A stretch of 64,000 bases of DNA. Origin: Azolla caroliniana. Its lineage: Eukaryota > Plantae > Polypodiophyta. A model generated the notes under the pieces. That model worked only from the letters and a program-made list of their open reading frames with translations, ran no database searches and was not told the origin of the DNA. Location: assembly GCA_043228905.1 (NCBI GenBank), contig JBHGNT010000015.1, forward strand, positions 20,088,001 to 20,152,000, in the 5' to 3' direction. Made by a program: the position numbers and the translations under genes. Positions 39,164 to 51,760 of this stretch are shown here, piece after piece (positions within the stretch are counted from its first letter, which is position 1; each line of letters starts with the position of its first letter).

Positions 39164-41639
39164 CATCACACATGGTGGGATCTCTATATTAATCGTAATG
39201 TGAAGGGAAACATCATCGTCAAACTCAACCCTTCAAACACATCATGTATCTGCTCTCTTGGAGCTTACTAGGCAAAAGGACAATAAGGGAGGTGGAAGAG
39301 AAGAGAAGGCGAAAAATACAACTATTATATTCAATTGTGTCGCTTGCTTTCTTACTTTTGATGAATGGGTAAATATCCCATTTTTTGTTGTAAAACATTT
39401 GTCTCATGGGCCAATTTTGGCCTTAGAAGACGTTAATATTTCTTTCTTTCTTTCTTTCTTTCTTATGTCTGAGTGTGCTTTTCTACATGGTTCATGTTTA
39501 ATACAAATTGAAGTACACTTGAGCTACATGAATTTACTTCTCGTCGATACCTTTTACATCTTAGTCATTGGACGCCTCCTTAATTGAGGGCCCCTTTCTA
39601 TTCTTGAGCTAGAATATATTTCTATCTTGAGCATAAAATATATTAAGTAGTCGAGATATTGATGTGCACTATTTACAATTGATTTACAAGACTGGTATTG
39701 GCCTATTGGAATTACAACTTCCCACCGAACCAACATTATGGCATGCCCATGAGATAAAATATTTACATGCATGAACCCGAAACCAAATTGGTGGCTTGGG
39801 ATTCAACATGGAGGGTAGTTGGAGGCTCCTTGTTGACATTGGTTGGAGAATTCCTTGCTATCGTGAGCGGGGCTGCCAATGTGGCATAATTGTTTAGCCA
39901 TTGAGCAAGTAGACATTGCATTCTCTCGAGGGTGGCAACCACTAGGTTGACATATCTTTCTTCGAGGTCTTTTGAACTTCGACCATATCCTCAGTGTAGG
40001 TGACATTTTCTTCTTGCATTTATGTTTCAATGTATTTCCAAAGAATGTGTAGGTTTGTAGTTTCCACCACCCAACAGAGACCATAGCTTGTGGATAAGGA
40101 TAGACACCCGAGTGGCAAGTTCAAGGTGGAAAGTGCCCACATGTTCCCAAACTTGGTCCTAATGCTCTTGAACTAGAGAAATGGTGATAGTGAGTAGTTG
40201 GATTATCATGACTATACCTTGCAACCATTGGAGGTGGTGTCTATACAAGTGTTTTTGGATGTCGCCATATCGATAGTCACCAAGTTGGTCCATCAAAACA
40301 TATCACATAATGAATCTTTTTCTCTTCAAAATTAGTGAGGTGCTTCGCCAAAGCCTCATGTTGTTGGAGAGAGATTGTGGATTTCTCTTCTATCATTTTC
40401 AATCAATCCAATACTCAACAACTTTGCATTGAGCATGTGCCCTATATTCGTCCATCCTCTTCTAGGCTTCGTCAAACAGTCGATAATGGTTGTTGGCTAC
40501 TTTAAAAAGACTCAACCTAAATGAGGTTGATGTGGATATGTGTTTGCCATTTTGTGACTCAGTGTGTACATTGTCAAAAATAATTTGTAGTAGATAGAGG
40601 ACAAGTAAAAAAAAGGAAATAAAGACTCCTTAAATAAGGAGAATACTGTTTATTGGCATATCAAGGATCGTTGGCCAATTAACCAACATATACGACTTTA
40701 AAGTCAAACAATTGGATGGTGACCTACCACACAAGTATAATATATTGTTTGTCATACCAAGGATAGATATATTATGGTAGGATTATTCATTTCGGTAAAG
40801 CAAATGAACATTTGCTCTATTTTTGTGCTTCACCACCTTGTAAGTTAAGCCTTACGTATTCAATAGTCTAAATTATTTGACTATATGAAGGCGTGTGTGT
40901 ATATGTTCAGCATCACTAATCACCTTAGGTTGTTAGGTTTCTTTACCACCTGACATACTCCCCACGGAGATAATAAAAAAGGATGTCAACACATTGAAAG
41001 ACGAAAATGTGGAATAAGTCAACCATATAAATACATAATCAATGTGGGGAAATAACAAAAACTTCGGAGCATTGGGAAGTGATTCTTGTTTATTTATGGA
41101 TATTTAAATGACTGAATCTTTATATGTTTGTTATAAAATTTGTAAAAACGTTGCTCCATCACCATTCTCAAATGCAATTGTGTAGTATGCTTGAATGCCA
41201 TGCTCAAGAAAACCTCCTTCAAACGCACCTTCTATTTCTTCTCTTTATCTCCTCATCTTTGTAAAAGATTGTCCGGGTTTCGGGAAAAAAAGGAAGATTG
41301 TCCAAACAACCTTTCGATAAACTTAACATTCAAAAAACTCTAGCATAATTGTGAATTTTAACAATTTGGATGATTGATGTAATGGCCATGATCTAAAATG
41401 ATAAAATATGCACCATTTGGAGTTTATATCCTCCCTCTTCCGATACATGTATTGATTAATATGTATCATAAGGTGTGTTCTAGTCTAATTGATCATTAAG
41501 CATGTTTTTTCAATTGCCTAAGATTTTACTTTCATGTGAGTGAGTGTGAGGTTTCCTTCATAATCGATGACAACGTTTGTTTACAATGGAATATTCTACA
41601 AATACATCCAAATAATGGTTGGTTTCAATGTAACTTTAC

Positions 41640-42340
41640 ATGAAATTAATGTTGTAACCAAGGGTATGAAGAGTTCGACTAATGCAAAAAAAGTTGCCAG
41701 GGGTCATTTTTATTAAAGGTATGCTATTGTCAGTGAAAACTTCACCTTGATGATAAATGTCAATAGATTCTAGTTATTTTAATCTTTGCAATTAACATCA
41801 GACCGAGTTCTATTGACAATGGAACATCCAAGATATTAGTATGTTCATGAATTCTTTGTTTTTATCAAGCTTCGTGTAATAGGGTATAAAGGTAATATCT
41901 ATGAATCTATATACCCCCCCCTAGATGTGAAGGGGGTCATATGGTAACAATGTTAAATAAGGAAGAGCCATAAAGGCGAAACTAAACACCTTTGGAGGGC
42001 CCCTTCTTTGTTATATTCCCCATAGTTATGGCATAAACATATATCTCTCTCTATCTTAATATATATCTTAATCTCACTACATAAGCTTAAATATTGTAAT
42101 TAAGTTAAGCTTGTAACTAATTAAGTGGACTAATGAAAGCTCAATTGTGTTTGTGATTTCTTATCTCATTGCTTTTCTATTGATCACGTGGAAATGTAGT
42201 AAAGTTTCTTCGTGATTTAAGTTGTAAGTCTTATGAATGCGATTAGGTAGGAAAATAATATTAGGGTTGCTTAGTAGTTAGCCCATACGCTAGTAAGTCC
42301 AAAGTGATTGACACTCACTCTCACCCATCTCGCTAACAAA
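41640..42340 (+). mobile_element. Possible decayed Copia RT fragment with PPT and LTR remnant
   Basis: VARG..ENF-like string at ~41694-41745; GAAGGGGG at ~41929 followed by an AT-rich LTR-like segment. Confidence 0.3.
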
Positions 42341-42559
42341 TAATGGCTATGGTAGATTATTGTAAAAGATGCTACAAATAATGGCTTTGATCAATAGCGA
42401 ACTTACAAGATTATTTACCATTGTATATGTGGAGTTCCCTTCAATTTTGTCTCTTTGAACGGTGTGTATTTAAAAAAGTAATTCATTTGAGAACGAGATA
42501 ATGCATGGAATCACAATCTCAAAATCCACAAATATATTCCTATAATTTCATAATACCAT

Positions 42560-43495
42560 GTTTGATCAACATTGATGAGTCATTTATTTAAAATACATGA
42601 GTATGTAACTGTATAGTCTACAAATAGACCATGACGAGTGAAGGACATGGAAAGAGGTTCTGAAATTCATGCAATGATAGAAAAAGATGGTTCTCTGGAT
42701 ATGTACCCTGTGGTCATGCTGAGAAAGCACTTTATTGCTATGAAAATATGCAGCTTGAGGGAGTGTCTTTGGATGCGATAACATTTATTTTTGGATTTCA
42801 AGCTTGCAACGACATAGAATCCATTGATAAAGGCCAAGAAATACATAATCAACTTGTAAAAAGAGGGTTTTTTGAAACCAACATTGTTGTTGGCAATTCC
42901 TTGCTTGATATATGTGCTAAATGTGGCTTGGTTGTTGAAGCTACATGAGTGTTTAAGAGTCTTCCAATTAAAGATGTCTCCTGGACATCACTAATAACAG
43001 GATATGCAAAACATTGTCATGGTGATGAAGCATGTAAGAGCTTTGCAGAGATGAAACATAGAGGCATCCAACCAAGTGCTTTCAATTTTGTGGGCATCTT
43101 GAAAGCTTGTGTTAGCAGTACAAGAGCAACTCAAAAGGGATGTGAGATGCATGTCAAGATTGAAAAGAAAGGGGTTGTTGGATGAAAACATTATTCTTGG
43201 ATATGCCAAACATGAACAAGGTCAAGAAGCAATGGAATGTTTTGAAATGTTGCACTTGGAGGATGCCCAACCTAATGCTACCACATTTATTTCCATGTTG
43301 AAAGTTTGTGGAAGCATGCAAATTGCAAATAAGGGCCAAGAAATACATGTTGTCATTGGCAAAGAGAGAACATTAGAAAGAGATCTAGATGTTGGCACAA
43401 CTTTAGTGGATATGTATGTAAAGTGCGGTGTAATTGTCAAAGCACAAGAAGTATTTGACAACCTTCTAGCTTAGAACATTGTAACATGGAATAGG
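42560..43495 (+). pseudogene. PLS-class pentatricopeptide repeat (PPR) pseudogene fragment
   Basis: KGQEIH, GNSLLDICAKCG, DVSWTSLITGYAKH, PNATTFISMLKVCG, GTTLVDMYVKCG..AQEVFD; internal stops (42946-42948, 43472-43474) and a frameshift or deletion near 43185. Confidence 0.88.
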
Positions 43496-43849
43496 TGAAT
43501 ATCAGGATATACAATATTCATTGTAATATTGTACTATTTTGTATATTGCCTCTGGCCACTTTAATTTTAATACCAATAGAGGATATTTTTTCATGAAAAA
43601 AAAGAGGCCATGAAGAGTAGTGGGACACAAAGTCCTCAATTGAAGGTAATGGATTTCGTCAAAGTCTTCATGGTGTTGTTTGGTGATCAATTGCTAGTCA
43701 ATATTACAAGGTGCACTTAGTAGTAAGAGATTTGAAATGCATGCGCACAAGAAGATTCTACCACAAAATTAGGGAACATGCATTTACTACATTATTTTCT
43801 TCTTCTCATTCTCATGATAAGATAATGACATTATTCTTTGCTAAGCCAT

Positions 43850-46800
43850 ATAGAACAAGTATGTAAATCAATCCTCATCATGTAAACATGTCTCAACAAA
43901 TATCAACAGTTTTCTATTAATCTAAATATCCACAGAATCTTCTTTCCTCTCTCTCATCAAACCTACATTTGCTTATGATTAAAGCCCAAAGAGGCATGTT
44001 GATTATAACCTGAGTAATTAACCCAAATTTGAAAGTTGGTCAATTCATATTGTCTCATGGTTAATTTGATTCGATCAACCAATTAAAAGTCCATTCGATA
44101 TATTCTTTCATATCAAACATCATCACATGGTATCACATATTCTTTGCACAAGAAGCAGGGTTATATGATTACAATGTCTCATCAAGCTCAATCAAAATGG
44201 GAACCATGGAGTATCACAAGTCATAGATTTAATAGTACCTCATGATATGTACACAGTAATCCCAACTTCATATTTGATCAACTTTTCCCTCAAAACTCTC
44301 TCGTCTATCCACATACATAACTATTGGGTTGCTTCTTCATTCATCCTCTGGTGTGATTTTCAATTGAACTTCACTCATTTGAAAACTTGTGATTTGCCGT
44401 AAGGCGTTCAAATACGTACTTGTTACTAGGAGAATAAGCAACATTCCATTGGTTGTTATCTCAAGAGATACATGGGCAAAATGGGTAGCCAACTTCCTCT
44501 TAACAATATCATTATTCTTGCTCATGCCGAGTGTTTGGACATCATGTTCACTATATGACTACAATATGCTTGGTTGTATAATAATGTTAATGAAAGATAT
44601 ATCAAGGACCTAAATATATTTCTTAGGAAGAAGAGAAATTAGGAAATGTTTTGTAACAAGTTCAAATAATAAAGCGAATTCATTATTAATAAAACAATAA
44701 AAGAGAGAGACAACAAGAAAAAGGGAGATATTTCAATTCAAAATGAGCATGTGCTCTCAATATTACAATATCCCTTGATAAAGGCTATGGATGCATCCTA
44801 CACTAGACTTGTAGATATGCAAAATATTGGGATTAGGGACACGTGCTACTATTCCAAAGTGAATCAATTTGAGTGAAGGATGGTGTGTCGCCACTATACC
44901 ACTATACGAGTGAATAGAATTGAATGAACAATGAAAGTATGCAAGAAGTTAACCCTTTATATACACGTAAAATTATTAAGTCTAGTATCCATTGTCTAGA
45001 ATAGTCGTCCGCGTGATAATGAATGAACCTATATCTAGCCTTATTTTCAACCCTTAATTAAGGAAATATGTGTGATTGTCCAAATATGTTTCAATGACGA
45101 TAGTGTTTGAAGCTCTTTATAAAAAACCTTTGGTAGACAATTCCATGACATATGATTTAGAGCATATTTGCAACCACAAGATTGTGCATGAATATTATAG
45201 TTAGCATATATACCATTATCATCGAATTAAAGCACATGTGATCAAATGTAGAAACTAATATGTATGAACATGTATTGGAATGGCCTTTCCAATTCCCTAT
45301 GGTACTCATTGACAACTTTTTGTTTTCTAGTGCTATTTGTAAAAATACCTCTAGTTTCATAATTGTGAGACTACCCTTAGCTTTGAGAAATTGTAAATTG
45401 TGTCTACTTGGCCATCTAATGTCACTTACATTTCTCCTACTCCAATTGATTGTCTTATACCACTTCCGGGTTCTTACAATCAAGTGATGACTCTAACCAT
45501 TTACCTTTTGCCAAATACATCACCAATTGCAAAATCATAAAAATTGTTTTTTGTAGCACATGCTTTTTGTGTTTCGAAGGCATTCTAACTAGTTCTAAAA
45601 AGTTAAAAGGCATCCTCGCAACTATGAGAAATCACAACTAGCCCTATTTTCTACCACATCGAGATATGTTCGTTGAAACGAAATTCACATTAATTTGAAA
45701 TGTGATGTCCTGGTGGTTGAAATCATTTGTACTTTTTGACCATTGCGTATTATCTGTCTTGCATCGAATATCACATATAATATGTTCAACATTCTACTTT
45801 CTAAGTTGTAACTTTCAAAGGACTATGTTATCACATGGGCACTCATAAAGAGACATTTATGTATGTTGTTTACTTCATTAAACTATTACTTTAAAACATG
45901 GATAACATCCTGGGTTTACATTTTCACATGGCTTCAATGAGTTGTCGTGAATGGCATAATGTAATTTGACAAGGACAATGTCGTATTCAATATATTTTAA
46001 TTGCAATTTGCCATATATGCAATTGGTTTGGTAATCTAAGATTGCAATTGTCTACATTTGCTAAACTACAAGGGCCCAACACATGAAAACAACATTGTTA
46101 AGAAAATAATGAAATTAGAATTGTGCATGCTTATACCCCCATTCTTGCTCCCATTTTTCGTATTAGGTAGTGGAGAGCCATGTTTTTATCAACCCATGCA
46201 CATGGGTTCAAGCTTGGTAAGAGTACTACTTTATTGGACACCAATCACACCACTATGCATTTAGGGGTTGAACACGTGACTTTCTGGCTCTCTAATAGAC
46301 AATCTTAGTAGGTGGAGCAACATATAGTTAGGCCCTATCTTATCGATCGTAATCAGTCTCTCGTGGACTTTTAAAAGATCCTTCTCTCCATTGATGATAA
46401 CTTTCCTTATGAAAGGAAAAAAAAACACTACGATGACTATTTTACCATGGAATTTGTATCCCACTGGGATCCACACCACCAAGACTCACTTGCAATGAAC
46501 TTTGGAATTCATCTAGGATCCATATGCTAAGAACCCACTCTGAACTTATAGACTGATTTAGACGACAAACATGATGACATTTTACCTAATACCTTGCATG
46601 AGTGTTGCTCTTCATGCGCTAGATTCATCAACTTTTCCAACAATGAAAAGTGCCACAAAAGAAATCCTTTTAGCCTTTCAACATATTTCTTCACCCCAAC
46701 TTGTGAATAGAAAGTAATGGCATTTTCTCATACTCCAATTGAACCATAACCTCGATGCCTTAAGTACTACAAGATAACCTAGAAATAAGGCATCATTCCA

Positions 46801-46900
46801 CCCAACTTCACATATGCAAAAACCCATTTGAGTGGAGATCTTACTACTAGCCATGGCCTAGACCACATCCCATAGATCATAAATGATCTCTCGTGGAGGT
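43850..46900 (-). mobile_element. Highly decayed Ty3/Gypsy pol remnant
   Basis: Minus-strand DFAIG (RNase H DASxxxIG-like) at ~45520-45540 plus weak RT/INT-like strings; many stops. Confidence 0.35.
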
Positions 46901-47814
46901 TAAAACTTTATCCATCTATTTATATCTCATTATACGACCACGTTCTTATGGAACGACATGGGAGTCTCCAATTGATCAATTGGACTTTTGGGTTTATGTG
47001 AGACAAATTTATTCACACAAATAGATTTCAGTGCATAACATGTACGTTGGAGTCTGGACACATTGTTCTTGTAATTTATGGCAATCATTTATGCCTTTTA
47101 GATAAAACATCAATGACATTTAATATTATGTGTACACGAAAAAGTCATTACTAACGAGTTAGTCTAATCTTACATATTTTATGAAACACAAGAAACAACG
47201 ACATCAATACATAGCAAGTTGGAAGAAAAAATAGACACGACTTATTGGAAATTGTTTAGAATTTATAGAAATGTCAAGGATAATTTTGGAGAATGAGAGT
47301 TTCAGCATTGATTTCAGTACAGATAGCACAAAGAAACAAGGGAAACATTCCCTTTGTGTTTAAGACAAAGGAAGAAGTGTTTCTTGGTCATGCCCACAAC
47401 TGACCCCATGAATTGGTTTTGTCACGTGGGGTCTTCTACTCGATGGAAGGTTGAACAAATTGATACATTTGGATGCAACTTGCATGGATAGAAAACAAAT
47501 TTCAAAAAAAAAGACAAGACCAGTATGTGGTAAAGCACAATGTGCGAGAATTGCCTTTACAATTGCACGAGGTGTGTGATGTCCCCACCGATTTGATCAG
47601 ACAAATAATTGCACATAGATAGATACAAGAGCTAGCTCGATGCGATGTCTGCATTTTAAATATGCCAAAAACAAGGGACATAGTTGTAAAGCTTGTGCTC
47701 TATGACCTTACGGGCCTTGGCTTGGAAGTTTCGGGGGTGATGACAAGCGGCATGAGGGTCGAAATGGTTGGCGCAAGCAAAACGGTGCTAGCTAACCATT
47801 TCAACCTCCTCTCT

Positions 47815-48105
47815 CTCAACTGATTGCTCACTCATGAATTCGTGTTGTCGGGGTCTACACTAACCATTAATCAACATCTTCGTCTTCGTCTCCGTACCTC
47901 TCAACCCCCCCCCCCCAGTCTGATTGCTCATTTGTGAGTTTGTGTTATTAGGGTCTTGTATCTGTATCACTCTCTCTCTCTCTCTCTCCATTGACTGTTG
48001 GCTTGTAAATTCGTGTTGTTGGGCTCCACACTAGCCATTTCTCTCTCCCCTGCGACTGCTCATTTTGTGAAGTTGTGGTGTTGTTGGGGTCCACATCCCA
48101 TTTTC
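47815..48105 (+). repeat. Four diverged ~50-bp motif copies upstream of the MYB-CC gene
   Basis: GA(T/C)TGCTCA..GTGTTG..GGGTC.ACA...CCATT at ~47820, 47920, 47992 and 48053. Confidence 0.6.
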
Positions 48106-48329
48106 TTATGTAATTCCCCGAGACGTGAGACTCGATTGGATCTATTATGAGGGCGAGTTCATGTAGAAATGGATTGGGTGTGGAGGATGAGAAGGGTAGT
48201 GGGCATGCCATGGGCCCGATTTGGCCGCCCAAATGGAACACTCATGAGAATGCGCGCGCGTGCGCGCGTGTGTGTGTGTGAGAGAGAGAGAGAGAGAAAG
48301 AGATGTTTTGTGATGAAACCTCTCCCTCC

Positions 48330-48421
48330 ATCACACATACGTACATACAATACAATACATACATACATACATACATACATACATACATACAATACATACA
48401 TACAATACATACATACATACA

Positions 48422-48450
<29 letters not shown>
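48330..48450. repeat. (ATAC)n microsatellite
   Basis: Long interrupted ATAC run; a similar run lies at 28253-28291. Confidence 0.95.
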
Positions 48451-48454
<4 letters not shown>

Positions 48455-49691
48455 GTAATAATGTAATTATGTATGTATGTAGATACATATGTATATGTTT
48501 TGGCTTCTCTCTTTTGTTTGGCTTAAGCACACGCTTTCCTCCTTCAACAAAAGATATTAAGAATATACAGAAAGATAGATAATATATGTACAGAAAGGAC
48601 TGACAAACAGACAGACAGAGAGACAGGCAGACAGAATGACAGGAAGAAAGAAAGATAATAGATAGATAAATTTAAGGCTTTCTTATTTTATTATATGCTC
48701 GCCATGGTAGTGCTCGCCGTCACCATCGCCATCGCCATCGCCGTCGCCATCGATCCATTTTTACCTTCCAATGCTTTCCGAACCTCAACCCTAACCCTAA
48801 CCTCTTAGTGAGAGAGTCTCTATGCCCTTTTGGATCCCCCCCCCCCGCCCCCTTTATCGATTCTTTTGCAGAAGAAGATGGCCTTGGCTTCTCTGCAGGT
48901 TTCTAAGTCATCTTTCATCAGCATGATCCCCTCTCCTTTCTCATAGAAAAAGGTTTGTCTTTAATCTCTTTCTCTCTCCCCTCCTGTTATGAAATCATCA
49001 TCATCACCACCACCATCATCATCATCGTTCCTTCTGTGCTTTGTTCAACCTTTCAAGGGTTCATCCCTTTGAGAATTCCATTTCATTGAAAATATATATT
49101 TGGATTGTGATTTATTGTTCATAATTCTGGTTCCTTGATTAAATGATGGAAGCTATGGGGAGTACCATAGCTGAATTTTGATCCTTAAATTCCTTTTCTC
49201 GTTTCTCTGCTTTACCTTGAGTGTCTCCTAAAATCTTGATCAATATACCGTTTCTCTCTAGAATGGTACTTTAGTCATAGCAGAATTTCGATGTGTAAGA
49301 TTCTCAATCACAAATACTGATTATCGGACCTGTGGGATGATCATTGCTAAATCTGATCCTTAGATTCTCATTCTCTTCATCATGTCTTTTTCCTATCCTT
49401 TCCTTCCTTCTTTCTATCTGGACTGTAAAATTGCATTCCATGCAAAAGGAATTTGTATGAATCTTGATAAATTTTCGGTTTTCTTCTTTTTCTTCATTAC
49501 GAAAATACTGATTTCTAGAATGCATCGTAACTAAAAGATTATTTCTTTAGATCACACTCTTTGTTTTTTATCCAATCCACCTATAAGATTTTCGCCTTAT
49601 TCAGGATTTGATTCCTTAACATGAACGTGTGTTAACATACGTTTTGAACTCAATACTGATTTTTCATCTAACAAAAGAGTTGCGTTCGTCG

Positions 49692-49730
<39 letters not shown>

Positions 49731-51760
49731 TCAATCATTTCATTTATTTTCTGTCCCACTTTTAAGGTAAAAACTTAGACTGTATCAATTTGCCTTGATG
49801 ATTTTACCATTATCAAAATACTTCTTTTCTAGAATGGAACATTCTCAGAAACAAGTATTGTGATAAAAAAATCCTCAAGCCTCACTGATATAAATACTCT
49901 CTGTTGAAGATTTGAGGAAAGTCTGAGCTCTTCAAGGTGGAACCAAAGAAGAAAAGATTGAAGGATTCATTGATAAGAGACATTAAAATGCCAACCTTTG
50001 TTCCACTGCAGAACCAGCAGATAAAACATACTCTGAATACAAGTTATATGCGAATCACATCTAATGTAATTGAAGCCTTAAAGGGGTGGCTTCTTAAAAT
50101 GGAATAGAAAATAACAGAGAACATGATCAGAGGAGAGAATATTATGGATCACGTTTGGCAATGATTATCTCTTGGTTTTAGGCCCTACATTTAAAGCTCA
50201 GGGGAAGATTTCACATGAAACTTTGTGAAGTTCCAAATTTGAATAGGAACTTCAAATTTCTGAGTACGCTAAATGATTGATATGTCATCGATATTATCTA
50301 TAGCTTCTTTCAGTCTTTCCAAATTTTAAGGCTTCATTTGAAGCCCAAATTGCCCCATTAAAGATCAAAACTCTGCTTATAATTTAAGCACTACTAAATT
50401 TCTGTCCTATTCTCATCTCTATTTTTAGTTAAACGGACATGATTTCAGCCTGCCAGGTGTCAACTCCACTAAAAATAAATTTGTAGTGATCAGCCTGGAG
50501 GATTTTGCTCCCAATTTCCAATATCAGTTTGCACCTGACAAAAGGTAAGCCTTTCAACTTCTCTCAGTTGATCTTGTCTTTCATTTCCCTGTTCACTCTT
50601 AAGATTTCAGACTTTTCACAGGTATGTCATCATTAAAAATGGATTTATATTGATTGACACCAGAGGATTTTGATCACAGCCCTTTTGAATCTAACAAAAG
50701 GTTAGCCTGTCAAATCCTGTCCAACCATTAAGATTTCTCTTTTCAGGCGTTGATTCCATTAAAATAATTTGTTATTGCTAGGCCTTAAGAATTTGACAAT
50801 ACTGCTTGTGACAGAAGATAGAAATAACATTTTGCTGCGGAATGAAATCCAAGGGAGGATTATATGATGTGTAAATTGTAGACATTGTTCATGAGTTACT
50901 TGTTGGTCTTGGCTGAAATTGCATGAGAGTTGTGATTGATTCAAGTGTTTTGGAAACCTTAATTGCATGCACATCAAAGCAATAACCTCCATTTATGCTC
51001 CATCATTAAATTTAATCAGCTGTCTTCCCTGACCTTTAATATGGATATTCTATTGAGTACACACAACATTCCTCTATAATAACCTCGTTACTACCGTCCA
51101 TTATTGCCTCAGTTTACCCTTTCCTATCCTGTATTTTGATCTCCTTTTAATAGGAATCTATATTATCACATGTGATCTGCAGATATCACTTTTCACTATT
51201 TTTTAGTCATAGAGATGCTCACAAATGTCAAATCTGATTGCTTGATCCCCAACATGCATGTTATGTATGGGGTTAACAATCTCTTTGTGTCATCCATGAT
51301 GCTTGGCGATTAATTAGCATGCCTTTTCTATGGATGAGCATGTGCCATGAACTGTAACGTCTCCCCATAATGACGAAGATAATACTGATATAATTGCTAC
51401 CTGCAATTTATATTAATCTGTATATATTTTGATAACATATGTTTCTATCGTACCATCAGAGATGTTTATGCAATCTTACTCACTAAAGTAGTCACTCCCT
51501 CTCAGTTGCTTGCTTTCCAACATAGCTATAAACATGCACAGGCATAGAATCAAATCAACAGACTCTACTTTCTACTATGTGAGAGTTCATGTATGCATGC
51601 TAATGCAGTTAATGAGGTGTTATGCATTTCAGGATTTTCTATCGTAGTATTAAGGAGAAGTACTATTTAGATCTATACTTCACATAGCTTCCTGTCAAAA
51701 TCCACACAGCTTTCCGTTTAGTAAAAAATTCTTATTGTAATTTCTTTATTTTATATGTAG

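Noticed and set aside
39700-40600. Possible decayed gag remnant
   Set aside because: No intact zinc knuckle or other diagnostic motif could be read.
48159-48582. ORFs of 123, 137 and 66 aa
   Set aside because: (ATAC)n and dinucleotide repeat translations.
50808-50828. miR156/157-like string TGACAGAAGATAGA
   Set aside because: Only 14 nt match, the 3' part diverges, and I found no star arm nearby.
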